From assembly GCF_006345805.1 (NCBI RefSeq), contig NC_042998.1:28210001-28274000 (forward strand): 64,000 nucleotides of DNA, given 5' to 3'. Origin of the DNA: Octopus sinensis (taxonomy: Eukaryota). The notes under the pieces are model-generated. The model saw only the letters and a list, made by a program, of their open reading frames with translations, made no database searches and was not told where the DNA came from. Shown here in pieces: positions 24,199-37,301 of the stretch. Numbering within the stretch: the first letter of the stretch is position 1; each line of letters starts with the position of its first letter. The position numbers and the translations under genes are program-made.

Positions 24199-25324
24199 TT
24201 AGCAGAAGTTCAAACACAAACTGTAAACAAGCGTGGGAACAATTCATTTCCAGAAGAACAAAATGATAAAACACACGCCCTACAGAAACTGACTTTCAGA
24301 GGATTTTTGTTGTGTTTCGAGATGCTTCATTATATTCTGTTCTAATATCATTTTATCGTAACTAGAAAAAATAAAAATTGCTGAATTACAAATATCTGCA
24401 TTTTTAACTGTAATATGAGTAGTTTCTTGTTTACTTAAAAATCTCATAAAAATTACTGTAATTTATTTTCAAATAATAATTATTTTGATGAATGTTGTTT
24501 TGCGTTTTCGTTGTTGTTATTCTTTATTTCGCAGTGATTGAGCGAACGTGTCATATGACCATCTAAGCTCTCTTTTCAGACGTCTAATGTATCCCGTCTT
24601 TATTTCCTGACGCTACTATGTGATATTAAGACAGATTTAACTTCTATTTACAAAATATCAAGCAACTAGGTAGAGGATGTATTTGTTTCTCAGCGATTCT
24701 ATTTCATAAAATTTATCTCAATGATAACAAATTCATTAATTTGCATTTCTTAAAACATATAAAAGCATACTTTGGAATAAAAAATACTCAAGACTGTATG
24801 TAGAACCAACGTGAATAAAAATAATTCCTCTTCAGTATGAATTAAACTAATTTCTTTTGCGAAAGATTGAAAACTTCTAACGTTGTATGAAACATCTCAT
24901 TATTCAAAGCGAAATCATTATTTTGCTAATATCAAAACTAAGAAAAAAGAAAGCAACGAAAATAAAAAAAAATGTTTAAATATTTATGAACAAATTAAAG
25001 GATATTCTATGAAATGGCGTTTCAGTCAGCATGTTGAAATTAATTTCTATATGTATTCAATCTGTTACTTTTATAATTGAATATTCGCAATTTTTAACTA
25101 TTTTTGATAGATAATTTAAAATCAGGTCTGGAAATAATTCTTCAATGTCATTAAATTATTTTGTAAATTTATTTTTATGTAGTAATTCTAAGGCGGAGAT
25201 ATTTTTTCATCACAAATAATTTACAGTTACTCTAAGAGGAAACATAAATCATCCTGGAGTACATTTATCTGTTTAAATCACTTAGTATTTATGGAAATAT
25301 ATGCAAAATGCCTATATAAATATA

Positions 25325-25494
25325 GGCGCAGGAGTGGCTGTGTGGTAAGTAGCTTGCTTACCAACCACATCGTTCCGGGTTCAGTCGCCACCTTGGGTAA
25401 GTGTCTTCTACTATAGTCTCGGGCCGACCAAAGCCTTGTGAGTGAATTTGGTAGACGGAAACTGAAAGAACCCCGGTATATATATATATGTATA

Positions 25495-25561
<67 letters not shown>

Positions 25562-25796
25562 CATGTATATGTGTGTGTATGTTTGTGTGTCTGTGTTTAT
25601 CCCCCCAACATCGCTTGACAACCTATGCTGGTGCATTTGCGTCCCCGTAACCTAGCGGTTTGGCAAAAGGGACCGATAGAATAAGTACTAGGCTTACAAA
25701 GAATAAGTCCTGGGGTCGATTTGCTCGACTAAAGGCGGTGCTCCAGCATGGCCGCAGTCAAATGACTGAAACAAGTAAAAGAGAGAGTAAAGAGTA
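25325..25796 (+). mobile_element. SINE S2, full length with expanded internal (TA)n
   Basis: Colinear with 15002. Confidence 0.88.
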
Positions 25797-25879
25797 TATA
25801 CTGATAGGGATATATTATACATACAGATACGCCATTCCGTGAAGTATTTCATTATAGTATTACATATGTTTGTAACTTT

Positions 25880-27180
25880 TACAATGTATGTTGGTTTCAA
25901 ATTTTGGAAAATACACGAACCCATAAAGGATGTTTGAGCGTTCAAATTAGTGATAGCGAGAAAGATGAGGTGTGGACTATATGCAAGGTTTTCCAGCAAA
26001 TCGTAACTCAATTTTACCATAGTTTCAACGGTGTGGGCGACTGTATATTGGCATGCATTGTCGTGCAACAGTAATTCTTACTTTGACAATAGGCCACGGC
26101 GTTTGCTGTGAATTATTGGTTTCACTTTTTTGGGTTAGCCTCCCACTGTTTGTTCCTTCTCGAGCCATGCCTGGCTCATAAGGGCCGGTTTCCCGGTTTC
26201 CTTGGCGTATAGGTTCCCCACCTGGACGGGACGCCGGTCCGTCGCAGGTGAGCTGCAAGATGCAGGAGGAAAGAGTGAGAGAAAGTTGTGGCGAAAGAGT
26301 CAGCAGGAGTTCACCATTACCTTCTGCCGGAGCCGCGTGGAGCTTAGGTGTTTCGCTCATAAACACACACATCGCTAGGTCTGAGATTCGAACCCGCAAT
26401 CCCTCGACCACGAGTCCGCTGCTCTAACCACTAGGCCATGTGCTTCCACAGCTAACACTGTAGCCTACATTGATGACTTTTGACCCTTTTACTCTAGGTA
26501 ATGTTCCAGAACTACCCCTTTTGTGATCCCAAAACGGGTTAGCGTCACTTTTTTATTCGGAAGGTTGAGTCTTGAATTTTTTTTGCTCTTAATTAGCGAG
26601 TCTGTGTGTTTCCACTCCATATTCTACATTTTGGATTCTGACTCAAAATGATGGGTCAAGGACTCTTCTCACGGGACTTTTCTCTCCAAAATAGCTTTAC
26701 CTTGAGCGTTATTGGTCGAGTAAGCATTGAAAGACGTCCACACGATTGCACTTATGAGTTTAGGAGATTCTCTCGGCAGAAGTGAAGCTTATCGTGGATA
26801 ATTTCGAATGCAAAACCATAACTAATTTGAAGAGAACATGATCACTCTGTGGTTCCCCTGAACCATTTGTCGAGCTTGGAGTTGACGGGCTCCAGGATTG
26901 TCTGCTCACATTTAAATTCTTCCATCCACTCAGACTCACTGATCCTGTATTATATCGAAAGTCTGTGACGAATTTTAGGCCCTGACACACCTTCAGACGA
27001 GAGAAATCGGATCACTGATCTCTCTTCTTCCTTTACTCTGTAACACAAGAAAGGAGACTAGAGTGATCAAAGCGAAACCTCAGTTTAAGCACACGACCAG
27101 TGAAGGTAGTAGGGCAGTGTGGCCTATCTTAAGAAAGTCTTGGAGAAAGAGCAGATGGGTTTTGACTTCCACTTGTAGAT
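25880..27180 (-). mobile_element. Heavily degenerate mariner transposase, interrupted by a SINE
   Basis: EERSVIRFLSSEGVSG; HHFESESK..MEWKH..KKFKTQPS; LLHDNACQYTVAHTVET..LENLAYSPHL. Confidence 0.8.
26118..26447 (-). mobile_element. SINE S3 head with an S4-like tail, nested in mariner
   Basis: S3 head and body; ccggtttcccggtttc..ctggacgggacgcc block shared with S4. Confidence 0.8.
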
Positions 27181-27271
27181 TTAAAACTTGTTCAAGCAAT
27201 AAAACCATTCATGTTGAACAAAAAGTATTATAATGTAGGACTTTTAAAATTCAATCGTGGTTTATCTATCT

Positions 27272-27875
27272 AAACCAACAAACCAACCAAACAATAACAA
27301 CAGTAAACAAAATTTAAAAACTACATTACTGATATACAAACCATCCAACTAACCAGCCGGCCAACCAGTCAGCCATCCAAGTAGCTAACCAACCAACCAA
27401 CCAACCAAACAAACAAACAACGACCGACCGATCAACCAACCAACCAACCAATCGACCAGCCAGCCAACCAACCAACAACCAACCAACCAACCAACCGACC
27501 GACCGACCGATCGACCAGCCAACCAGCCAACCAACCAACCAACCAACCAACAACCAACCAACCAACCAACCATCCAACCGACCAGCCAGCCAGTCAACCA
27601 ACCAACAAACCGACCGACAGACTAACCAACTAACCAACTAACCAACCAACCAACCAACCAGCAAACCGACCGACCGACCGACAGACTAACCAACTAACCA
27701 ACCAACCAACCAATCAACCAAACAATCAACCAGCCAGCCAACCAACCAAACAAACAACCGACCGACCGACCAACCAACCAACCAACCAACCAACCAACCA
27801 ACCAACCAACCAATCAACAGCCGACCGACCAACCAACCAAACAACCGACCGACCAACCAACCAACAACCAGCCAA
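27272..27875. repeat. Degenerate (AACC/GACC/AGCC)n tetranucleotide tract
   Basis: Direct run. Confidence 0.95.
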
Positions 27876-28645
27876 CGACATAATGAGATATTTTATTTTT
27901 TGAACAGCTGAAAGAAATTCACTTTCGAAAACAAATAGACACGATATGTAGGCTGCCACCGTACATAACTTGTAGAGTTCGAAAATGCAAAATATCTTAT
28001 TGATTCTATGTTATTAAAACGTGGCTTGAAGGGAAATATCTTGAAATGTAAAACGTAATTCAATTTTTAACAATGGCAAGAAGAAAAAGAACAGTGAAGA
28101 GAGAATTACAAGCAAGTGTTTGTGTCTAGGAGTCTACTGGGAAGATGTTGTCATGCGGACATTTTATTCTATAAATGTGTAATGTAAACAAATTTCGCCT
28201 CAAATTGGTTTCACTGAATTATCCGTGCCATTGCGTATCTCACAGTTATAAAAATGTTTCGAAAGATGGGGAAAAAACATAACTTATTAACGAATGATTA
28301 TTACTTCTCTCATTAGGTTTATTTCTAAAACGTTGTGATCAATCAAGATCCATTACTAAAGAGAACAATAGTTCTTCATAAAGTCAGGCAACTTCTTGCT
28401 CTCTCAACAAATTACAAATTTTCCACCAGGATGTTCCCTGCGTAGAATATGATGTTACTTACTCGGCCATCTTTGTGATTTAACTACACCTCTTTTACTA
28501 CGATTTCAGGGACGTCTTGTACGAAAAACAGTAATATGTAACATCCTTGGTTTTCTTGCTTGCATTAACGATAAAATTATCTTCAGAAGAATAATCTAAC
28601 TAAACAATTGCAGCGTGGAAGGTATTTAAAAGCCATTTAAAACGT

Positions 28646-28819
28646 CACAAAAACCGTTAGATTCACTTCAATATTTAAATTTAATTTGTCAAAAATATGT
28701 TCGTCGGTTTGAAACCACTGACAAAATTCCGTATTAGTGAAGAGGTCGCGGTCTCAAAGTGACGAAAATATTTTGGCAAATTAAATTTAAATGTTCAAGT
28801 GAATCTAACGGTTTTTGTG
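28646..28819. mobile_element. Fold-back element, arms about 68 bp
   Basis: cacaaaaaccgttagattcactt..aaatttaatttg / caaattaaattt..aagtgaatctaacggtttttgtg. Confidence 0.8.
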
Positions 28820-29453
28820 TCATAATTATGGGTGACAATTTCATATGACACTGCTAGAAAAAACTACCGTTCACATTGTTTAAATTTTTTAGTTTGAATC
28901 AACCCAAGCTTCATGTCTTTTGAGATGTTAACATATATATTACTAGCATTTTCCATAAAGATATTGATGCATTCGGGAAAATTGTATCTGATATTTTTCT
29001 GATTCACTAATTATAGCATTGGCATTTCCAGATTTAATGTGTTTATATTTATAAAATTTATTCCATAAGACACTTTAGGGAAAATGAAGAGATTTTACTG
29101 TGTATATATCATATCTCCAATAATATAGTTTTTCTGTTGAATTTATCAACAACTATTGTTACAAAATATTTAAGGGAGATAGCACTTCACATATTTTCGA
29201 AGTTAATTTACCTTAATATAAACCTGAAATATAGGAACCTTGATATTAACTTTATGCTTACGGGTTTTTTTAATGGGAATACATAATTTAGAAGTGAGGT
29301 AGTATTATTGTCAGAATGTAGTTATATTTTTATAGTTCAGTCAAAAATACACTTTCTGGTTTCCGTTTGTTTTTACATCTTAATATGTTTTACGTTTTCC
29401 TCGCTCTTATCTAAATATTTGTCCCAGAAAATGAAAATACATACATACATACA

Positions 29454-29618
29454 TGTTGTGTAGACGACCCCAGACTATGAAGTAGACTAGCCCAATACGT
29501 AGACATAGAGGGAGAAGTCAGACGTCAGAGTAGTAGGTAGACTAAAAGTCAAGCAGAGTAGAGTAGTCGACAGTAGTAGAATAGCAGTCGGAGGAGTTGA
29601 GTAGAAGGCGACCTAACA
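29454..29618 (+). mobile_element. Short solo-LTR-like element (TGTTG...TAACA)
   Basis: Homologous to the reverse complement of 30294-30435; no clean TSD. Confidence 0.55.
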
Positions 29619-30293
29619 CATGTATACGTACAAATATTCACACATATGCATGTAATTTTATTAGTTTATTATATATTAATCATGTATTAGTTGTGTCCAT
29701 AGCTCCTTTGAAAGTTATGTTGTTGCAGCCATCAAAAATCTGATTCTAGTAAGGAAATAATCACAAAATAAAGTATTGAGGTTTTCAAACGGGGATTTCC
29801 AAGGGCTTTCTCAGTGTTCACTGTTCCTTGTTCACGCAATCCATCAAAACCTTTCACACTGCCCCAGTTTCCCGTCATCTTCTCATTTTTTCGTTATTTC
29901 ATCTTGTCAATATTCTACATTTTCCATAATTTTTCCTTCAGTTTTTCAATTTTTTCATCTTTCATTCTTAGCCTTTGTTTCCCCCATCACTACTTGTTTA
30001 TTTCGCAATTATCACTTTCCTCTACCTGTTCTTTCCTCCTGTCCTCCATTCCTCCTAACTTAGCTTAACTTCTCTTAACATAATATCCCCTCTTTCTCTG
30101 CGACACTCCTTCTCACCATCCTACTAACGGCGTTACTCCGTACTAGCTACAATAATGTCAGCATTTTAGTCCATTTCTAGGTTTCTAAATCGTGAAAGTA
30201 CTATAAACATATTTTTAATACATATTTGCTATGTACCCTTGCATATGTTTGTCTTTCTCTCTCCTGCTCTCTCTCTCTCCCATTCTCTCTCTG

Positions 30294-30435
30294 TGTTATG
30301 TCGCACGTTCAGATGCCTTCTACTACTCAACTCTTACTCTACTCTACACAGCTGTGCTCCTGGCATCTAGTCTTCTCCCTATATATCTACGTATTGGACT
30401 AGCCTACTTCATCGTCTGGGGGCATCCACACAACA
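30294..30435 (-). mobile_element. 142 bp solo-LTR-like element with 5 bp TSD
   Basis: TGTTA...CAACA termini; CTCTG at 30289-30293 and 30436-30440. Confidence 0.7.
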
Positions 30436-30460
30436 CTCTGTCTCGCTCTTGCTGAACTTT

Positions 30461-30581
30461 GCAAATTAAACAAACCACTCCTCTGATGGTCAATGTCCAA
30501 ATTGCTTCTTAACTGAATGTTGGGTTCAATTATAGAACAAAATAGAAACAAACCACCCAAAGAGTGGTTTGTTTAATTTGC
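30461..30581. repeat. 121 bp unit with perfect 20 bp terminal inverted repeats
   Basis: gcaaattaaacaaaccactc / gagtggtttgtttaatttgc. Confidence 0.75.
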
Positions 30582-30727
30582 GAGATTGTACTCTGGATGG
30601 CTCGTCATTAATTGGGCAATATCATATTTAATTTATCAACAACACAGCTTGGATCAAAACAACTGAAATGAATTTACATATTTTAAAACCTTAGCTGTGA
30701 GAGAGAATATTAAAATTGTAAATACAT

Positions 30728-30948
30728 TCTTTTATTCTTTTATTCTTTTACTTGTTTCAGTTATTTGAGTGTGGCCATACTGGAGCACCGCCTTTAGTCG
30801 AGCAAATCGACCCCAGGACTTATTGTTTGTAAGCCTAGTACTTATTCTATCGGTGTCTTTTGCCGAACCGCTAACTTACGGGGACGTATACACACTAGCA
30901 TCGGTTGTCAAGCGATGTTGGGGAGGGGGACAAACGCAGATACACAAA
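30728..30948 (-). mobile_element. SINE S2, 3' half
   Basis: Reverse complement of the S2 tail. Confidence 0.8.
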
Positions 30949-31689
30949 CATATATCTTCTCAAAATCTGCAGATGTCTATAATCTTATGGACAGACTTTA
31001 AACTTGCAATCTATTTGGTCTCTTAAGATATAAATTATGTGAAAAGTTCCACACGTATATTTTAGCATTAAACACAAAAATAACAAGCTATCAATGTAGT
31101 GAACTACAAGAGGTGTATTCTCAACACATGGCAGTGTGAAAGTGAGTTACGGGCAATAACCCTTCAGAAAAATATATAATTCATGCGTTTTTCTGACGTT
31201 TGTGTACAGAATACTTAAATATCAAAGGTCAAAACATGATCTTACCCCGGTTCATTTTCCTGCACCAACAACAACAACATCGGAGGCTTAGGCATTAGAA
31301 AGTCAAATTTAAATCTTTAATGAATCTAATTATTAACGAACATTTTTAACATCATAAGAGCGACAACGATTGTTCGCGATAATACCGACATTGTGGCATT
31401 CAGGGATTCATAAATAGCCGAGAAGAATATCTGAACAGCCAAGTTCGTCATATAGCTTTTTCAAGTGAATACCTATCTGATATACGGCTCTTATATTGCG
31501 TTTACTTAGCAGTTCACAATTATTTAACTATAAGCTACATAAACTACTTCTCGGAAACAGTAAAAGAAGTGATGACATTGTTCTTAAATCAATGGACTCT
31601 AACAGATACGAAAGAATTATCAGTGCGTGTTGCCCAGATATGATGGAGGCATAGCAATATATGTCTTATCAATATTTTCATAAAAAAAA

Positions 31690-32255
31690 GGCGGTGAGCT
31701 GGCAGAATCGTTAGCGCGCCGGGCGAAATGCTTACCGGTATTTCGTCTGTCTTTACGTTCTGAGTTCAAATTCCGCCGAGGTCGACTTCGCCTTTCATCC
31801 TTTCGGGGTCGATAAATTAAGTACCAGTTACGCACTGGGGTCGATATAATCGATTTAATACGTTTGTCTGTCCTTGTTTGTCCTCTCTGTGTTTAGCCGC
31901 TTGTGGGTAGTAAATAAATAGGTATTTCGTCTGCGGTTACGTTCTGAGTTCAAATTCCGCCGAGGTCGACTTTGCCTTTCATCCTTTCGGGGTCGATTAA
32001 ATAATTACCAGTTACGCACTGGGGTCGATATAATCGACTTAATCCGTTTGTCTGTCCTTGTTTATCCTCTCTGTATTTAGACCCTTGTGGGTAGTAAAGA
32101 AATAGGCATTTCGTGGGGTTTTACGTTCTGAGTTCAAATTCAGCTGAGGTCGATTTTGCTTTTCCTCCTTTCGGGGGTCGATAAATTAAGCACCTGTTAC
32201 GTACTGGAGTCGATCTAATCGACTGGCCCCCTCCCTAAAATTTCGGGCCTTGTGT
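31690..32255 (+). mobile_element. SINE S1 with one head and three tandem ~185 bp body units
   Basis: Body restarts at ggtatttcgtc at about 31921 and 32106. Confidence 0.8.
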
Positions 32256-33267
32256 CTAAAGTAGAAAAGGATATTTTCATAAAAATTATCACGGCCTTGG
32301 GGGTGAAAAATATCACAAATTGTATTATTGAGCTATCATAATATAATTACTCTTTCAGATTTAGTATGCATTTCTCTGGGATTAATACTTCTTACGATCT
32401 CACAATTGTTCTCTGTTGAGAGATATTATATCTAAAACTAAAAATCATAAAATTTTCCAGGATCATTTTATCTAGAAATTTATCTAAAAATGATAAATAT
32501 GTAAACAAAGAATAACTACTTTGGGATCAACAAGACCATAATAACAATGCCAAAAGCGCTTGGATTTTTGATATCTCAGTATCATTTGAAATACACATTT
32601 GTATAATTATAAATCTTTACGAATAAGTTCTGTGTGTATGTAAAGAATAAAAACCCGAAGATAACTACTCTATTCATGAAAGAACCATTTATGTTTTTGA
32701 GATGTGAGTATCATTCTAAAATCATCGCTAGATCTTTATGAGTTTGTATGATTTTAATTAAACAAACATCCATGTGTGTGTCTCGAGATGTCAGTTTACA
32801 TTTCTAGCGTTTTCAGTTTTGTTTTTTAAGAAAAATTGTATATTGGATTTTATGATTCTGTTATTACAACATAAATTCCTGCAGCAATACAGCATATGTA
32901 TTCCTAGCATTGATTCCATGTGTCACTCTAGGTTGAATGAAGAGATTTACCTATATTTATCAAAACATCTTCAATATAAAAATATTTTTTCTCGGTTAAA
33001 TTTATTATAAAACATTCTAAGAAAACGCTTAAGAGAAAGATACATTAATATATTTCTGAAGTTAATTAAACGTATATGAAATCAATATATAACACTGTTG
33101 ATATAAACTATATGTTTACAGAGGATTAAATATGAATCTGTTATTTAGAAGTTTGGCTGTATAATACCAAAAACGTATTTATGAGTTTAACAATTCTCGA
33201 TTCAAATGGGATTTCTTCTGTACACATAGTTTTCAATAATGTGCTCCATCTCTCTACATGTATGTAG

Positions 33268-33340
<73 letters not shown>

Positions 33341-33421
33341 ATATATTATATATATATATATATATATAAATACATATTTGTGTGTGTGTGTAGGTATATA
33401 TATATATATATATGCCTACAT

Positions 33422-33603
33422 GATAGATCGGTAGCCACTACACACATTTTTTTCTCTCCTTGTATTTTTCTGTGTCCCTTTCTGTAGAAGAGCGTAGGCT
33501 CGAAACGTAAAAGACTTTTTCAATTCCTAAGCGTTATACCAATACATCTGTTTGTTTTGTACACCCCACCTGTCTTCGTCGTTTGTTTTTTTCGTGATCT
33601 CCC
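33422..33603 (+). mobile_element. Family C element
   Basis: Matches 9046; duplicate at 34559-34740. Confidence 0.85.
33478..33513 (+). ncRNA. Minimal HHR-like motif with non-canonical core (family C)
   Basis: cttt-CTGTAGA-a-gagc gtag gctc-GAAA-cg-TA-aaag; A6 replaced by U. Confidence 0.5.
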
Positions 33604-33638
<35 letters not shown>

Positions 33639-33799
33639 GTTTATATATACGGTACAAGCAATTAAGATTCAAGTGAGTTCTGTTGAATTCACATGAATAT
33701 GGTACTTAACTTGGATGCACCAGAAATCTATATGGTGTTAACCATACGACAAAGTGGGGTGATTATAAATAGGAAAAAAGCAACAAGAATGGATTAATA

Positions 33800-33888
33800 T
33801 TTCGGTACAATTGTTTCGTACGAAGACATCTTTAATAAGGCTACAAAAATTGCAGTAAATATAGGTGACTCGTACTCATCAGCCGAAA
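33800..33888 (-). ncRNA. Type I HHR motif (family B); duplicate at 34951-35039
   Basis: tttcgg-CTGATGA-gtac...gtac-GAAA-caattg-TA-ccgaaa. Confidence 0.82.
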
Positions 33889-34279
33889 AAACATCTGAGA
33901 TCCCCAAACATCAAAGGGGGGTGATGTTACACTCGTGAAACATCATGGAAAGTTCTATAAAATTGAGATTTAGATAACAAATTGATTTCTAAAAGTTCTT
34001 TTAGTATTGCACAGTCATATACCAGGTTTTAAAACATTTTTTCAAAACCTCTTAGTTTTCCAGAAAGTGAAGATGAACTCACACCCTCTCTTTCATCTTT
34101 ACTTTCTGGAAAACTAAGAGGTTTTCAACAAAAATTTTCAAACCTGATATATGACTGTGCAATACTAAAAGAACTTTTAGAAATCAATTTGTTATCTAAA
34201 TCTCAATTTTATAAAACTTTCCATGATGTTTCACGAGTGTAACATCACCCCCTTTGATGTTTGGGGATCTCAGATGTTT

Positions 34280-34368
34280 TTTCGGCTGATGAGTACGAGT
34301 CACCTATATTTACTGCAATTTTTGTAGCCTTATTAAAGATGTCTTCTTACGAAACAATTGTACCGAAA
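34280..34368 (+). ncRNA. Type I HHR motif (family B); duplicate at 35432-35520
   Basis: Same fold with one helix II mismatch (ttac). Confidence 0.78.
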
Positions 34369-34424
34369 TATTGATCCATTCTTGTTGCTTTTTTCCTATA
34401 TTTATATATATATATGTGTGTATA

Positions 34425-34496
<72 letters not shown>

Positions 34497-34737
34497 TCTG
34501 TGTGTGCATATTGTGTGTGTGTGTAGGTATATATATATATATATATATATGCCTACATGATAGATCGGTAGCCACTACACACATTTTTTTCTCTCCTTGT
34601 ATTTTTCTGTGTCCCTTTCTGTAGAAGAGCGTAGGCTCGAAACGTAAAAGACTTTTTCAATTCCTAAGCGTTATACCAATACATCTGTTTGTTTTGTACA
34701 CCCCACCTGTCTTCGTCGTTTGTTTTTTTCGTGATCT

Positions 34738-34789
<52 letters not shown>

Positions 34790-35554
34790 GTTTATATATA
34801 CGGAACAAGCAATTAAGATTCAAGTGAGTTCTGTTGAATTCACATGAATATGGTACTTAACTTGGATGCACCAGAAATCTATATGGTGTTAACCATACGA
34901 CAAAGTGGGGTGATTATAAATAGGAAAAAAGCAACAAGAATGGATTAATATTTCGGTACAATTGTTTCGTACGAAGACATCTTTAATAAGGCTACAAAAA
35001 TTGCAGTAAATATAGGTGACTCGTACTCATCAGCCGAAAAAACATCTGAGATCCCCAAACATCAAAGGGGGGTGATGTTACACTCGTGAAACATCATGGA
35101 AAGTTCTATAAAATTGAGATTTAGATAACAAATTGATTTCTAAAAGTTCTTTTAGTATTGCACAGTCATATACCAGGTTTTAAAAAATTTTTTCAAAACC
35201 TCTTAGTTTTCCAGAAAGTGAAGATGAACTCACACCCTCTCTTTCATCTTTACTTTCTGGAAAACTAAGAGGTTTTCAAAAAAAATTTTCAAACCTGATA
35301 TATGACTGTGCAATACTAAAAGAACTTTTAGAAATCAATTTGTTATCTAAATCTCAATTTTATAAAACTTTCCATGATGTTTCACGAGTGTAACATCACC
35401 CCCTTTGATGTTTGGGGATCTCAGATGTTTTTTTCGGCTGATGAGTACGAGTCACCTATATTTACTGCAATTTTTGTAGCCTTATTAAAGATGTCTTCTT
35501 ACGAAACAATTGTACCGAAATATTGATCCATTCTTGTTGCTTTTTTCCTATATT

Positions 35555-35620
<66 letters not shown>

Positions 35621-36278
35621 GAGTCTGTGTGTGCATATTGTGTGTGTGTAGTCAATACTTAATGCATGTTTGTTGTTGAACGCTAGTAACTGTGACATTT
35701 TGTCTGAGAGAGATCCCTTTGGTGACGTATGGTGTAAAAATAAGTCAGTATACTTCTAAGGTACGTGAAGCGAAACCACCATGAAAGTGAACGAGAACAG
35801 ATATCGGTACTTCGCCGTTTCTGCTGCTCATCGGTGCCGTATACCCACCGCATTTTCGATACGAAATGGAAAGTGCCGTGTAGACATAGTGTAAAATCTA
35901 TTTACTGATGTGAAGTAATGCTGCTCAAGGAGAATAAGATTCAAATTTTGTGTTTGAAGTATGTATGTATATTTGCATATGCATTTGCCTATGAACACCA
36001 CAGAACAAATTGTTTAGCTCAAGGCCTTAGCAACAGATATTACGGAATATATGACAATATACTGTTTCACTCTTAAATAAAGACAAAACTAAGCGGAGAT
36101 CCTTCACAGATCTTTATCGTAGATGATTGTCCACCAACCTATAAATGACTACCCAAACAGAAAATTACCTACATATAGGTAACACTAATATATAAGCATA
36201 AGTCATTATTAGTCCAACTGCTTTGTAAGTGATCTGCTAGCCTGTCTCGTATTTAATTTAATCGTGGGACTCCTACAT

Positions 36279-36588
36279 GAAGTTAACGTGCAAGTGGCAG
36301 AGCACTCCACAGACACGTGTACTCTTAACGTAGTTCTCGGGGAGATTCAACGTGACACAGAGTGTGACAAGGCTGGCCCTTTGAAATACAGCTACAACAG
36401 AGACAAGAAGAAAGAGTGAAAGTTGTGGTGAAAGAGTACAGCAGGGTTCGCCCCCTTCCTTGCCTGAGCCCCGTGGAGCTTTAGGTGTTTTCGATCAATA
36501 AACACTCGCAACGCCCGTTCTGGAAATCAAAACCTCGATTCTACGACCTCGAGTCCGCTGCCCCTAAACACTGGGCCATTGCGCCTCC
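36279..36588 (-). mobile_element. SINE S3
   Basis: Reverse complement of the S3 head, body and tail seen at 56009. Confidence 0.85.
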
Positions 36589-36897
36589 GTTTAATTTAAT
36601 AATATATATTTGTATAACAACGATCATGTCTGAGCAGGCTTGAAACATATATTATATACATAAATCTGCGGTTATCTATCTGAAAGCCCTAAATCAAAAT
36701 AGTGCAGAAGAATATAGGTACGAACGACTTATCTTGAAAAGCTACTATTTAATAGTAACCAGGATATAAGCGTGCAGTTCTGAAGGAGCGGTGCTCATAC
36801 TTGAAACTGTTTTGTGTACGGAAATGAGTAATTATTTCTTTTCTCTTCGGTTGCAATTTCTGTAAATGTGGCTTTCAAATACCCGTAAAATGAGCAA

Positions 36898-37301
36898 CTC
36901 TCTTTACTCTTTTACCCTTTTACTTGTTTCAGTCATTTGACTGCGGCCATGCTGGAGCACCGCCTTTAGTCGAGAAAATCGACCCCGGGACTTATTCTTT
37001 GTAAGCCCAGTACTTATCCTATCGGTCCCTTTTGCCGAACCGCTAAGTGACGGGGACGTAAACACACCAGCATCGGTTGTCAAGCAATGCTAGGGGGACA
37101 AACACAGACACACAAACACACACACATACACATATATATATATACATATATACGACAGGCTTCTTTCAGTTTCCGTCTACCAAATCCACTCACAAGGCAT
37201 TGGTCGGCCCGGGACTATAGCAGAAGACACTTGCCCAAGATGCCACGCAGTGGGACTGAACCCGGAACCATGTGGCGTGTAAGCAAGCTACTTACTGCGC
37301 C
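36898..37301 (-). mobile_element. SINE S2, full length
   Basis: Reverse complement of 25325. Confidence 0.88.

Larger units (their letters stand above)
33650..34398. mobile_element. Family B fold-back element (duplicate at about 34800-35550)
   Basis: Arms 33770-34077 and 34092-34398, 14 nt loop, one-sided ~120 nt tail homologous to 7036-7154. Confidence 0.9.
33380..35650 (+). repeat. Tandem duplication, period 1137 bp (family C + family B + TA tracts)
   Basis: gcctacatgatagatcgg at 33414 and 34551; near-identical units. Confidence 0.92.

Noticed and set aside
35720-35890. CpG-richer unique patches (also 8760-8990, 9640-9900, 38140-38400) as promoters or enhancers
   Set aside because: Only short motifs are present; this cannot be supported without conservation or chromatin data.
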